In this document: positions 41,412-55,370 of the stretch, one piece after another | Layout: every line of letters begins with the position of its first letter | Position numbering within the stretch: position 1 is the first letter of the stretch | Assembly (NCBI GenBank): GCA_964016885.1 | Contig: OZ024748.1 | Coordinates: forward strand, 3,348,001-3,412,000 | DNA length: 64,000 nt | From: Eledone cirrhosa | Lineage: Eukaryota | Direction of reading: 5' to 3' | Position numbers and translations under genes: made by a program | The notes under the pieces: model-generated | The model's input: only the letters and a program-made list of their open reading frames with translations | Told to the model about the DNA's origin: nothing | Database searches by the model: none

Positions 41412-42029
41412 TGACTTGCAAGGCTGCTGGCAGGTTGAGGAAGAGTGTGTGAGAGAGAGTAAAAGAGTGAGAGAGAGAGTAGAAGGAAGAGAGAGAAAGA
41501 ATCTCTATGAGAGAGAGAGAAAGTATCTCTATGAGAGAGAGAGAAAGTATCTCTATGAGAGAAAGAGAGAGATGTAAAAAGTTTAAGGTGACTTGTGTTC
41601 ATTAAGATATATTAAACCTAAGAGAAAAGGAAATTAGGTTATGAGCAAGAAAGAAATAACATGCAAGCAGAATAGATCATCAAAATTAATGTCGAACTGC
41701 TAGAAAAGATGTGTAAGTGTGTGTTTATGTGTGTGTTTGTGTAAGTGTGTCTGAGTGTGTTTTAGATGTTCAATTGTTGTTCGTTTTAGATCGGAGGTAA
41801 AGAGGGTTAAAAGAAGCCTTAGGGTTTAGAGACACAATAACCACCATATTTGAAGGTATTATTTTAAAAAATCCCGCCGAGGTTAACTTTGCCTTTCATC
41901 CTTACGGGGTCGATAAAATAAAGTACCAGTAATACACTGGGGATTGCTGGCCTTGTGCCAAAAGTAGAAACAATTGTTAGAGGGTGCCTGGTAAAATATA
42001 CAAAGGTGCTTATTTTAAAGTATATATAT

Positions 42030-42181
42030 AACGAAGGAAGTGTGGTAGGGAACCAGGTGCACCATAACCCACCAGAGTACTCAATACTTTGGGTAGTAGA
42101 GTGGGTAGTAGGAAAAGAGTCAGGACCCTGAGCTGTCAAAACGGCCGGAGCTCAGCCGTCGGGGTCCTGACTCTTTTCCTA
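42030..42181. mobile_element. Penelope-like terminal fragment with 20-bp fold-back (family also at 35822-35905, 57435-57630)
   Basis: TAGGAAAAGAGTCAGGACCC / GGGTCCTGACTCTTTTCCTA; bounded by (TA)n. Confidence 0.55.
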
Positions 42182-42757
42182 TATATATATATATATATAA
42201 ATATATATATATATACACATATACACTGTGCGTGTGTGTGTATGGATTCCAGAGTTGTGTTGGGGGAAACCTCAGTTTTATAAAGGTACTCAATACTTTG
42301 GTAGAGTATAAGCATCTTTATATATAGAAATTACTTCTACAGGACTAGAACTGTTTCATTCGTATGAAATCATCGGGAATATACATACGAACGAAACAGT
42401 TCTAGTCCTGTAGAAGTCCTTTTTATATACAATAAAGATTTATATTTAATTTTATGTAAGAACCTTTAAGTTATTCTACAAACACAAGCTGAAAGTTAGT
42501 TATATATTACTAAATCCCGTGGAACTCTTCTTAAATTCAGGGCATTTTTAAAATTAAGATTATAATTAAAATTATAAAAAACGAAAGAAAGAATAGAATT
42601 AAGAAATAGTTTACATTATGAAAGACAGACTTGTGTGTTTATAAAGGGTTGGGGGATATTCGTTCTTCAGAGCTAAACTTCTTTATAGGTCGACTGAGTG
42701 GTAGGAATGTAAAGACGACTACAGGGTCAGTTCAACTATAGGTTATTTCGTGTGTAT

Positions 42758-43052
42758 GAAGGTGTGTAGTTTAGCGGTTAAAGCGTTGGGTTCGTAATTG
42801 TAATCATGAGGTTGTTAGTTCGATTCCTGGACCAGGTGTTCAGTTGTGTTGTGTTCTTCCTTTAACAAGACATTTTTATTTCACGTTACATTTCTCCAGT
42901 CCACTCAGTTGGGGGGGGGGGGATGAGTTGCGACATCACTGGTGCCAAACTGTATATATATCGTGTGTGTACCAAACTGTATCGGCTATATAGTGTATAT
43001 ATGTGTGTATATATATGTGTGTGTGTGTGTGTACCAAACTATCGGCTATATA

Positions 43053-43083
<31 letters not shown>

Positions 43084-43240
43084 GTGTGTGTATATATATA
43101 TATATATATCGTGTGTGTGTGTAGGAGAGGAGAGTGGTATACATGGGCGTCCACTGGTCTTCCACAAAAAACACCTTCCCCGGGCTTGTGCCTCGGAACT
43201 TTCTAGGTGCAAAACCCCAGTCATTTGTAATCGAAGTGAG
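42758..43240 (+). mobile_element. CORE-like SINE (37662 family) with internal microsatellite expansion
   Basis: Shared GTTGCGACATCACTGGTGCCA...TTTCTAGGTGCAAAACC. Confidence 0.75.
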
Positions 43241-43355
43241 AGTCCTGGGTTCAATCAGAGGTAGTCACAATAAGTAAGGTACTCAATACATTGGTATTGG
43301 GTATGATTTCTTTTGAATGAAACAGTTCTAGTCCTGTATAAGCCATTTCTATATT

Positions 43356-43403
<48 letters not shown>

Positions 43404-43805
43404 GTGGTGTACACATAATTAGTCAGCATGTAAATAAGGTTGAATAAAGATGCACGTGTATGAGTGTGTGTGTTTGCGCACGCACCTGTGTGTGTTTGCG
43501 CGCGCACCTGTGTGTGTGTTTGCGCATGCACCTGTGTGTGTGTGTTTGCGCACGCACCTGTGTGTGTGTGTTTGCGCACGCACCTGTGTGTGTGTGTGTG
43601 TTTGCGCACGCACCTGTGTGTGTGTGTGTGTGTGTGTGTTTGCGCACGCACCTGTGTGTGTGTTTGCGCACGCACCTGTGTGTGTTTAAGGTAAAAGTGA
43701 AACTGATGAGAGGAAAAGACAAAGTATGTTGTTCCTACCTGAATATTTTCATGAGATTTTATATATCAGGAAAATACTGAACCTAACCCATTAGTACACA
43801 CACAT

Positions 43806-43836
<31 letters not shown>

Positions 43837-43844
43837 GTGTATGT

Positions 43845-43884
<40 letters not shown>

Positions 43885-43888
<4 letters not shown>

Positions 43889-44096
43889 GTTATATTTAAT
43901 TTGTTGGGATTCAACAAGCTTAAACATTTTTATAACTGATATAAAGCACTCAACAGGTTAGTGGAGTAAATATACAATATATTAATATATTACTAAATGG
44001 AAACTATATTTATAAAACCATATTTATTTTATTATACATATTTCAAGGGCCACCAAGGCAAATTATGGTGCGCTTTCAACCATAGTTTCCGTTTAG

Positions 44097-44100
<4 letters not shown>
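43885..44100 (-). mobile_element. Copy of the 38925-39340 hammerhead element, broken at the catalytic core and folded back
   Basis: Matches 38940-39020 up to TTTCA, then inverted ATAGTTTCCGTTTAGTAAT. Confidence 0.75.
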
Positions 44101-44154
<54 letters not shown>

Positions 44155-44389
44155 AAATTCAATAGACAAACAGATACAATTCCTTATTAGTTTCATGCTT
44201 GTTTGAAAAAAGAGAAGGAATGTTTCAACGTATCGTACGTTAGTTCTTCATCAAGAATATATATATACGTGTGTGTACTCCTGCCTGTGTGTCTCTCTCT
44301 TTCTCTCTGTGAGTGTATGTATATAGTCTTCGGTGTGTGTGTTTCTCTCTCTCTCTCTCTCTGTTAGTCTATGTATATAGTCTTCTGTC

Positions 44390-44445
<56 letters not shown>

Positions 44446-45320
44446 TGTGTGTGTGTGTGTCCATCCTTCGAAATTTAAAAGTTTGACAAAGTTCCTCTCC
44501 AAAGTTTATATAAACAAGTGGGATGTCAGTTGAGGGATGAGGCACCGTTACTGATCACAATAACAAAGTTTGGATAAACCTTTTAAGAAGGAGAAAAATA
44601 TAAGAAAACGGAAGACAAAACCATGACAATAACGGAAGACCATTTTGACAATATAAATCTGTTGCTGTAAGTGGTTCTACGTGAGTTGAGAATATTTAAA
44701 AAAAAAAAACGAAAATTATGGAAGTTATACGAGAGGAAACAAGACAGAAAAATATATTTCTGATCGAGTTTAAATAAGAAGATAATGATTTTAAAAAAAG
44801 TAATTCGATTTATTATTAATTCTATTCTATAACTAAAATATGTTGTGTTTTAAGTACATTCAGATATAGTAGGGGTAAAAAATAAAACAACTTTATAAAT
44901 ATATCGTGCACTATTGTCTGTCTTAAATGACAGTTCTTTCTCAACTGAAATATATTAAGATGATATATTGTTTAATTACGTTGATTGTCACACACGTAGA
45001 CATTATTGTTTCTACAATAATATTAACTAATATTACTAGCTACTAGTAATACTAACATTAACTGATGGAACCGTATTAAAACAGCTACACGATCATTAAT
45101 ATATATATTAGTAATATTAACTGTTTCTACTTTTACCCAGTGCATTACTGGTACTTTATTTTATCGACGCCGTAAGGATGAAAGGCAAAGTTAACCTCGG
45201 CAGGATTTACTCATTTACTGGGTGTTTTTTTTATCTCAAGTGTAATGACAGGTCCTGCAGAGTTGTTATCGCCTTAAACTCTTAAATTCTTTGCTTTGTA
45301 AACAAACTGTAACTATGTAA

Positions 45321-45439
<119 letters not shown>

Positions 45440-46069
45440 AAAGATAGAGAGAGGAGAGGAGATTTCAAAGGCTTTTTACTATAAAGCAAAGAACCGCAAG
45501 GCATGAAGTGTAATTATAAATCGGAGTATAATCCCCTTGTGGCGGAAAAGTGTGTGTGTGTGTGTGTCGTATATAACTTGTATATAAGTTACGTAGACAC
45601 ACAGACACACACACGCGCACCTGTGTGTTTATTTACTATTTCAAGACTTTAAAAAAAGTGTTCGGTGAATAAGTCGCATATAGGTTTTTAGCATCGCCGG
45701 GTTTTTTTTTTTTATTAAGTAAAATAAATAAATAATCAAAGATAAAAAATTAAATAATTGCGACTTATCTGCTAAACATCTACAGTATGTCTAAGAAAGA
45801 AAAAAAAAATAGGGTTTTTTATAATTGAATGAAAATTACTTTTGTTGCATCATACAAACTCTAGAAGCTAAATCATTCCTGATTTTTTTTACAAAATATA
45901 AAAGCTTTTCTTTTTTTGTGTATCCCCATAAGAAAAAACAATATATATACTATATATATATATAGTATTCATTAGGAATGTAAATTCATTTAGAAATTAA
46001 AAATAAGAAACGAACACAGAAAAGAAAATAGGAATTAAGAAAAAGTTTACCTCTTTCGTCTTTTATATA

Positions 46070-46104
<35 letters not shown>

Positions 46105-46435
46105 CTAAAAAAGAAAAACGATAGCGATTCTCTACCATACAGCCTATGAGCAAAGTAAGTAACTCGTACATGAATAAAATAAATTACTATATATAATATA
46201 TATATACATTTGTATGTATGTATGTATGTATGTATGTATGTATGTGTGTTCTAAAAGAAAAAAATATCAGATGAGATTTAATTTTAGGCCAGAGTAACAA
46301 ACAATAGAGTTGATTCTAGAGATAGCATGACACTAGCAGTGGAGGAAATGTTTAAAATTAATCAATATAAACAGCTATGTATCATACACTAAAATAATAA
46401 TAATGATAGTAGTGGTGATGGTGGTAGCAGTAATG

Positions 46436-46466
<31 letters not shown>

Positions 46467-47047
46467 CAGTAGTAATGGTAGTAGTAATAGTAATGGTAGT
46501 AGTAATAATAATGGTAGTAGCAGTAGTAGTAGTAGCAGTAGTAGTAGTAGTAGTAGTAGCAGCTGTAGTAGTAATAGCAGTAGTAGTGGTAGTAGTAGCA
46601 GTAGTAGTGGTAGCAGTAGTAGTAGCAATGGTAGTAGTAGTAGTGGTAGTCGTAGTAGTAGTAGTGGTAGTCGTAGTAGTGGTAGTAGTAGTAGTAGCAG
46701 TAGTAGTAGCAGTCATGGTGTTTAATAGTGATGCTGTTTCCAACGCTATTAGTTATCACTGGAGATGAAACAATGACTAGAACTAAACTAGAAAGCTTCT
46801 ATCTCAGCAAATCATGCAAATTAGAGAAAAATAGAGAAATCGACAAAATTTAATTAAATTAAATTAATAATAATAATTAATAATAATAATAAATATATGC
46901 AAAAATTTCTCCATTGTTTTTTGTTTCATTCTTCTCAGTAAATATATAAATAAAAATAAAGAATATTTACACACACACACATTCATATATATATGTATAT
47001 ACACACATTCATATATATAAATATATATGTATATACACACACACATG

Positions 47048-47078
<31 letters not shown>

Positions 47079-47782
47079 TCATGTATATATATATATATAT
47101 ATATATACCCACATTCATATGCACACAAAACCTTGTTTACATTCATACATACACATACATATACAAACAGTCATACATACATACATTCATATATACACAT
47201 GCATAGTAATACATACATATATACAGAGACACACATGCATATACATTCACATACACACATACATACATACGTACGTACATACATACACACACACATCTAT
47301 ACAGACAGACACATATATAGTCATAGTAACATACATACATTCATGCAATCACACACACATACACAGTCACACACATTCATACATACAGGCACATATAGTC
47401 ACACACACACATACATATATATATACAATCATATACACATCCATACATACACATATACACACACACACATACATATCCACATCGATACATATATATAGTC
47501 AGACACACATCCATATATAAATACAGTCACACACACACACATCCATATATATATATAGACACACACACACATCCATATATAAATACAGTCACACACACAC
47601 ACATCCATATATAAATACAGTCACACACACACACACATAAATATATATATACACACACACACAGTCACATATGGAAAAGCTAAGAACATAAATATCTGAA
47701 TTTATCAATAACTAAAATGCTGTAGTACCATCAGTGAAGACATTGCTTACACTACTAATAAAACTCACTAAAATCTATAACT

Positions 47783-47829
<47 letters not shown>

Positions 47830-47878
47830 TGCCTCAGCATGGCCTCAGTCGGTTGGCTGGAACGTGTAAAAGAGGAGT

Positions 47879-47921
<43 letters not shown>

Positions 47922-48018
47922 TGTGTATGAACATGCATAATATATATATATATATATTAGGTACTAAATTAACAATGAAAATAAAAACAACAGTCAAGTT
48001 ATTTTACCTATTCATATC

Positions 48019-48137
48019 ATTGTTTTACGATCGTTTCGGAGGGTTGATCATATTGTCTGATCTATAGCAGTTATATAACTCTATACTATCAGACCTCATA
48101 TATAGGTTCGATCAGACCCTCTTCTTCGGAAAACAAT
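48019..48137 (-). ncRNA. Hammerhead with large branched stem II (core CCGAAGA variant)
   Basis: ATTGTTTT-CCGAAGA-A-GAGGGT..ACCCTC-C-GAAA-CGATCG-TA-AAACAAT. Confidence 0.7.
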
Positions 48138-48434
48138 ATACATATACATATATATATATATATATAATGGTGGTGGTGGTAATGGTGGTGAGGAAGAAGA
48201 AAACCCGTTCTGCTACAGAAAGCTTTACATTAAACACAAGATGTTTTTTAAGTTTCATCATTGCCAAATAGTCTTTCGTAGTTGCTGATCCCTGGTTGTC
48301 TGAGGTGACAAGATGACTCAAACAACACTAAACCAACTGGATACTTCGTGTAGGTTGTATTTATTTCACTATTGATTTATTTATTTATTTATTTTGCTGT
48401 TTATTCGAGGCGGGGGTATAAGGGATGTCTTTAA

Positions 48435-50408
48435 CCCTTTAGCATTTAAACCGGTCATATCTGGCCAGAATTCTCACACCTCTTTCTGTTCAAACTGGAT
48501 ATAACCGGCCACTCATACTTATGTTAAGGTATTGTTCTCAAAAATCAAAATCTCAGATTCGGTATTATGTAAAGTAAAGCCTTTACTGTGAAAATACAAT
48601 AGTAAATATGGAGTAATGTAAATGTTATGTGAGGTAAAGCCTTTACTGTGAAAATACAATAGTAAATATGGAGTAATGTAAATGTTATGTAAAGTAAAGC
48701 CTTTACTGTGAAAATACAATAGTAAATATGGAGTAATGTAAATGTTATGTGAGGTAAAGCCTTTACTGTGAAAATACAATAGTAAATATGGAGTAATGTA
48801 AATGTTATGTAAAGTAAAGCCTTTACTGTGAAAATACAATAGTAAATATGGAGTAATGTAAATGTTATGTGAGGTAAAGCCTTTACTGTGAAAATACAAT
48901 AGTAAATATGGAGTAATGTAAATGTTATGTAAAGTAAAGCCTTTACTGTGAAAATACAATAGTAAATATGGAGTAATGTAAATGTTATGTGAGGTAAAGC
49001 CTTTACTGTGAAAATACAATAGTAAATATGGAGTAATGTAAATGTTATGTAAAGTAAAGCCTTTACTGTGAAAATACAATAGTAAATATGGAGTAATGTA
49101 AATGTTATGTGAGGTAAAGCCTTTACTGTGAAAATACAATAGTAAATATGGAGTAATGTAAATGTTATGTGAGGTAAAGCCTTTACTGTGAAAATACAAT
49201 AGTAAATATGGAGTAATGTAAATGTTATGTGAGGTAAAGCCTTTACTGTGAAAATACAATAGTAAATATGGAGTAATGTAAATGTTATGTGAGGTAAAGC
49301 CTTTACTGTGAAAATACAATAGTAAATATAGAGTAATGTAAATGTTGTGTGAGGTATTATGTGAGGTAAAGCCTTTACTGTGAAAATACAATAGTAAATA
49401 TGGAGTAATGTAAATGTTATGTGAGGTAAAGCCTTTACTGTGAAAATACAATAGTATATATGGAGTAATGTAAATGTTATGTGAGGTAAAGCCTTTACTG
49501 TGAAAATACAATAGTAAATATGGAGTAATGTAAATGTTATGTGAGGTAAAGCCTTTACTGTGAAAATACAATAGTAAATATGGAGTAATGTAAATGTTAT
49601 GTGAGGTAAAGCCTTTACTGTGAAAATACAATAGTATATATGGAGTAATGTAAATGTTATGTGAGGTAAAGCCTTTACTGTGAAAATACAATAGTAAATA
49701 TGGAGTAATGTAAATGTTATGTGAGGTAAAGCCTTTACTGTGAAAATACAATAGTATATATGGAGTAATGTAAATGTTATGTGAGGTAAAGCCTTTACTG
49801 TGAAAATACAATAGTAAATATGGAGTAATGTAAATGTTATGTGAGGTAAAGCCTTTACTGTGAAAATACAATAGTAAATATGGAGTAATGTAAATGTTAT
49901 GTGAGGTAAAGCCTTTACTGTGAAAATACAATAGTAAATATAGAGTAATGTAAATGTTGTGTGAGGTATTATGTGAGGTAAAGCCTTTACTGTGAAAATA
50001 CAATAGTAAATATGGAGTAATGTAAATGTTATGTGAGGTAAAGCCTTTACTGTGAAAATACAATAGTAAATATAGAGTAATGTAAATGTTGTGTGAGGTA
50101 TTATGTGAGGTAAAGCCTTTACTGTGAAAATACAATAGTAAATATGGAGTAATGTAAATGTTATGTGAGGTAAAGCCTTTACTGTGAAAATACAATAGTA
50201 TATATGGAGTAATGTAAATGTTATGTGAGGTAAAGCCTTTACTGTGAAAATACAATAGTAAATATGGAGTAATGTAAATGTTATGTGAGGTAAAGCCTTT
50301 ACTGTGAAAATACAATAGTAAATATGGAGTAATGTAAATGTTATGTGAGGTAAAGCCTTTACTGTGAAAATACAATAGTAAATATGGAGTAATGTAAATG
50401 TTAAAGGG
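48435..50408. mobile_element. piggyBac-like MITE with about 30 x 60-bp internal satellite
   Basis: TTAA|CCCTTTAGCATTTA ... TAAATGTTAAAGGG|TTAA. Confidence 0.9.
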
Positions 50409-50781
50409 TTAAGTTGAAAGGAGAGACGTGGTTTGAATACTTACAAGAGAGAAGACTGCGAAAGTCAGCCAAAGACCAAGACACTGTCTGAGTGGAGGAT
50501 CTTCAGCATCTGTGTTTAACTACACTAGAATCACCATCTCCGTTTGTCTGCACTAGAATGGGTTAGACAAGTTATCCTGTTGAGAGACAAGTCAGATCAG
50601 ATGATCATGTCCTGCTTACACAGGACTTTTCTGGTTTGGTTTCTATGGCTGGATCCCCTTCCTAATGCCAAACACATTTACAGTGTAGAGCTGTTCAAAC
50701 AGCTGGAACTATCTGTTGAAACAGCAAGAGCTCAGCTGTTGGGGTCCAGACTCTTTATTATATATATATATATGTGTGTAT

Positions 50782-50905
50782 GTAAAAGGTAAACAGAAAT
50801 AACAATGCAATCGGTACAGTATCTGGAAGGAATATATTAGGTTAACGCTTGATATAGCAGGAAGAGGGTCTTAACGTTTCGGACGCTAGTCCTTCATTGT
50901 AAGAA
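50782..50905 (-). mobile_element. Penelope-like terminus with decayed minimal hammerhead
   Basis: TCTT-ACAATGA-A-GGAC-TAGC-GTCC-GAAACGTT-AAGA. Confidence 0.65.
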
Positions 50906-51541
50906 AGAATGAGAAATAAAATAGATTGAGGGGACGGGTGGGTTGGAATTGGAAAAATATATCATGATCATCATCATCATTCAATATCCACAATCTCTGC
51001 TAGTATGGGATATATATGTAGGTATGTAATAAACATATATATACCTACCCTGGTATATTTACTCAAGATGTGTAGGTGTGTGTGTGTGTGTGTAAGAGAG
51101 AGTGTGTGTGAGTGTGTGTAAGAGAGAGAGAGTGTGTGTGTGTGAGTGTGTGTAGGTGTGTGTAAGAGAGAGATATATATAGTGTGTGTGTGAGTGTGAG
51201 TAGGTGTGTGTGTGTGTAGGTGTGTGTAAGAGAGAGATATATATAGTGTGTGTGTGAGTGTGTGTAAGAGAGAGAGATAGTGTGTGTGTGTGTGTGTGTG
51301 TGTAGGTGTGTAGGTGTGTGTGTGTGTAAGAGAGCGATATATATAGTGTGTGTGTGAGTGTGTGTAGGTGTGTGTAAGAGAGAGAGATAGTGTGTGTGTG
51401 TGTGTGTGTAGGTGTGTGTGTGTGTAGGTGTGTGTGTGTAAGAGAGAGATATATATAGTGTGTGTGTGAGTGTGTGTAGGTGTGTGTAAGAGAGAGAGAT
51501 AGTGTGTGTGTGTGTGTATGTGTGTAAGAGAGAGATATATA

Positions 51542-51572
<31 letters not shown>

Positions 51573-51774
51573 GTGAAGGAGGAGATCTGGACCTCAGAAA
51601 AGGTATCAGTAGCTGGACATAGAAACTAAATGCTGCCATAAGATAAAATAATTCAATTTAGTCTGTGGCTCCCGTGTTTTATTTTTTGTCAATGTCCATC
51701 TGTGGGGGGGGGGGGGAATAGATGGTACACTATGATGATGATGGTAATAATATATATATATATATATATACGTG

Positions 51775-51814
<40 letters not shown>

Positions 51815-52027
51815 TATATATATATATATATACAAATATACACATATAATTACACACACACATATATATAGTCAGATATAGATATATATTAAAGTGATCA
51901 AAGGATGGAGATAACATAACCTATATAGACATGGACATTTATTTTATGGCCTAATGTATTTGATTGACTAATAAAAGTTGATTCATGGGGCAAGATGAAG
52001 CTGTTAAGTACTTGTTCTTGTTGTTGC

Positions 52028-52058
<31 letters not shown>

Positions 52059-52217
52059 GGTGTCGTTTAATTTGGGAGTTAAGATTCAAGGAAATAATCA
52101 CATATGACATTCAGTCATATTAAGATGTGTCTTAATGGGGGGATATGGAGGACATCATAATTCTCACAGAAAGATCATTAATGCTAGTTAGACCTGTTGA
52201 CATAAGATGTGTCTTAA

Positions 52218-53289
52218 CCCTTTAGCTTTTAAACCAACCATATCCGGCCAGAATTCTCTCACCTCTTTCTGTTCAAACTGGCTATAACTGGCCACTCATA
52301 CTGATGTTAAGGTATTGTTCTCAAAATAAATAGAACCAAAATCTCATAGATTCCATATTATGTGAGGTAAAACCTTTACCATGAAAATACAATAGTACGA
52401 GGGTAATCCCAAAAGTAAGGTCTCCAAAGCGATGGGGACGCAGAGAAACTGTTCGTACGGCTGTTGGCAACACTGTTGTGATTGGTGCTTCCTTCACTCC
52501 CAAACAAGCATGTGCGCGCTTCACTGGGATGCTCAATCTTGGCTTGGCAGCCATTGAGAATGGAGCTCCCGTTGAACGCTACCGCAGTCAAGTGCGAATT
52601 TCGCGCAGTTAATATATACAAGAGCAATCCCAAAAGTAAGGCCTCCTTCCGAGGAAAACATGCATAAAGATCTGCGGATCAGTTTGGATGCTCTCTGCAT
52701 TTGGTTCCTGAGGTTTCCCGAAACACCATCCACAGGATTTTAACGGAAAAGTTGCAATATCGGAAGGAGACCTTACTTTTGGGATTGCCCTCGTATATAT
52801 AGAGTAATGTAAATATTATGTGAGATATTATGTGAGGTAAAGCCTTTACTGTGACAATACAATAGTATATATAGAGTAATGTAAATGTTATGTGAGATAT
52901 TATGTGAGGTAAAGCCTTTACTGTGAAAATACAATAGTATATATAGAGTAATGTAAATGTTGTGAGATATTATGTGAGGTAAAGCCTTTACTGTGAAAAT
53001 ACAATAGTATATATAGAGTAATGTAAATATTATGTGAGGTAAAGCCTTTACTGTGAAAATACAATAGTATATATAGAGTAATGTAAATATTATGTGAGGT
53101 AAAGCCTTTACTGTGAAAATACAATAGTATATATAGAGTAATGTAAATATTATGTGAGATATTATGTGAGCTAAAGCCTTTACTGTGAAAATACAATAGT
53201 ATATATAGAGTAATGTAAATGTTATGTGAGGTAAAGCCTTTACTGTGAAAATACAATAGTATATATAGAGTAATGTAAATGTTAAAGGG
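52218..53289. mobile_element. piggyBac-like MITE with 60/72-bp array, interrupted by mariner
   Basis: TTAA TSDs at 52214-17 and 53290-93. Confidence 0.9.
52398..52793 (+). mobile_element. Non-autonomous mariner element with three TIR copies
   Basis: TA|CGAGGGTAATCCCAAAAGTAAGGTCTCC ... GGAGACCTTACTTTTGGGATTGCCCTCG|TA; transposase start MELPLNATAVKCEFRAV at 52560. Confidence 0.9.
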
Positions 53290-54008
53290 TTAATGGAGGA
53301 ATATAGACATGATAATATTCAGAGAAAGACCATTAACACTAGTTAGATCTTGTAGACATAACTGAGTCTTAATGGTGGGATACAGACATAATATTTACAG
53401 AAAGACCATTAATCCTTGTTAGACCTGTGGACATGACTAGATGCTAGGTAAGGTTAAGGGACATTAGGTTTTTATCAAGTTGATTATATTGTGATTAGCT
53501 CTCTTATATTTAGGTCCTACATGGTGGTCGATTTTAGCAGTCATTAGAGCGTTTTACATTTGTTCTGGTGGTGACAGCTGGAAGGAGAGAGGGAGAGAGA
53601 AGGCTGAATTAGTATTGGGCTGTTACCCTCAGCTTAATAGTCCGGAGCAATGTGAAGTAGTGTGAAGTAGCATGGCGTATAATGAATCAACGTGATGCAA
53701 TGTGAAGTAACATGAGACAATGTGAATCAATGTGATACAACATGAATAAATGTTCAAGAACAGACTGTTAAACCCATGACATTATAATCGTAAGTAAAAC
53801 ACTGTAACCACATGAAAGGATGAAAGATAAAATAGATGAAACCCTGGCACGATAGAAAGCACCCAGCTCAGTGTAAATGTGGTTGGTGTTAGAAAGGACA
53901 TCCAGCTGTAGAAACCAAGCTAAAATCAGTTCTGTATGAGCAAAACACGGTCATCTCACAACAGGACAGCTGGTCTAACCCATGCTAGCTTGGAAAATGG
54001 ACATTAAT

Positions 54009-54339
54009 CCTTTAGTATTTAAACCAACCATATCTGGCCAGAATTCTCTCACCTCTTTCTGTTCAAACTGGCCATAACTGGCCCCTCATACTGATGTTAA
54101 GGTATTGTTCTCAAAATATATATCAAAGTCTCATAGATTCGATATTATGTGAGATAGTTGTGAGGTAAAGCCTTTACTGCGAAAATACAAAAGTATATAT
54201 AGAGTAATCATCATCATCATCATCATCGTTTAATGTCCATCTTTCACGCTAGCATTGATTGGACGAGTTTGACACATTTAGAGGCAAGTTGAGTCGGGTG
54301 ACCATGTCTCACTCATGTAGGACTGTAAATGCTAAAGGG
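54009..54339. mobile_element. piggyBac-like MITE inserted in an RTE tail and itself containing an RTE tail
   Basis: GGACA-TTAA|TCCTTTAG ... CTAAAGGG|TTAA-ACGATGATG. Confidence 0.75.
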
Positions 54340-54743
54340 TTAAACGATGATGATGATGATGATGATGATGATATGTCTTGTTTGACAAGTCCTATTACTG
54401 AAGAATAGAGACTGAAGGTGAAAAATGAGGGTTGATTCTCTGCCACCACCACCACCCCTCCCCACCACCACCAGACAGTCTATGACCACTAAGTACCATC
54501 CAGTTCACCACCACCACCACCACCACCACCACACTAATCCCTGTCTCACCCCCATCACCCTCCACCTCACCATCTCCCATTGCTGCTTCTTTCTCTTGAT
54601 TATACAGAAAGGAATGTGATCCAAGACAAACTGTACCCCCACCCCTCCGAGCCACTCAACTGTAAATAGAGAACAAAACAAGAAAATGTCCCCACAATGC
54701 AAAGAATCTTTACAGAAAAACTAAAAATTTGGCCTTGTAAAAG

Positions 54744-54808
<65 letters not shown>

Positions 54809-55157
54809 ACAGACGTGTATGTGTTCATGTGTGTGATGTTTGTGTGTGTGTGTACAGGGTGTCCCCAAAAAAGTATACACACTTTGATTACCTGTACAGG
54901 CAATATTTATTAGAATCTTATTTTTATTGCATGTCATCACTGCACTACCGAGCACAGCTCATTGGGCCTTGGGTATGTGCAGTATTGTAATTCCTATTAC
55001 AAATACTCTTCATGTGAGGAGCAGTACCTAGTAGTGTTATTTACTCTATATATTTCTATGTTCCACCATCTTGTACTGTCCTTAATGGATTTTTTGTAAA
55101 CCTTTTGAGGTCAATAAAGAAACTATTATTATTATCATTATATTTATTATTATTGAA

Positions 55158-55370
55158 GGTGGTGGATTGGCAGTATCGGTAGAGTCGGACGCCATGCTTT
55201 GATGCATAGAGTTACGGCCCTTACCATTCTGAGTTCAAATCCCAGCGAGGTTAATGTTGCCTTTCATCCTTACGGGGTCGATAAAATAAAGTACCAGTAA
55301 GGTACTGGGGTCGATTTAATCGACTTTGCCTCAAATTGTTGGCCTTGTACCTAAATCAGAAACCATTATT
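55158..55370 (+). mobile_element. Meta-like SINE, full length
   Basis: Same family as 4523. Confidence 0.85.

Noticed and set aside
43697-43752. CTGATGA motif with TGAAA/TTTCA flanks
   Set aside because: No proper GAAA/stem III, so at best heavily decayed. The same applies to 18882-18925, 37326-37362, 44220-44258 and 45055-45100.
48250-48370. Minus-strand open frame EINTTYTKYPVGLVLFESSCHLRQPGISNYERLFGNDET*
   Set aside because: Poor acceptor, no recognised homology, and phase incompatible with the nearest candidate exon.
48519-50375. 618-aa ORF (and the 301-aa and 279-aa ORFs at 15.3 kb)
   Set aside because: Stop-free frames of 60/72-bp satellites inside a MITE.
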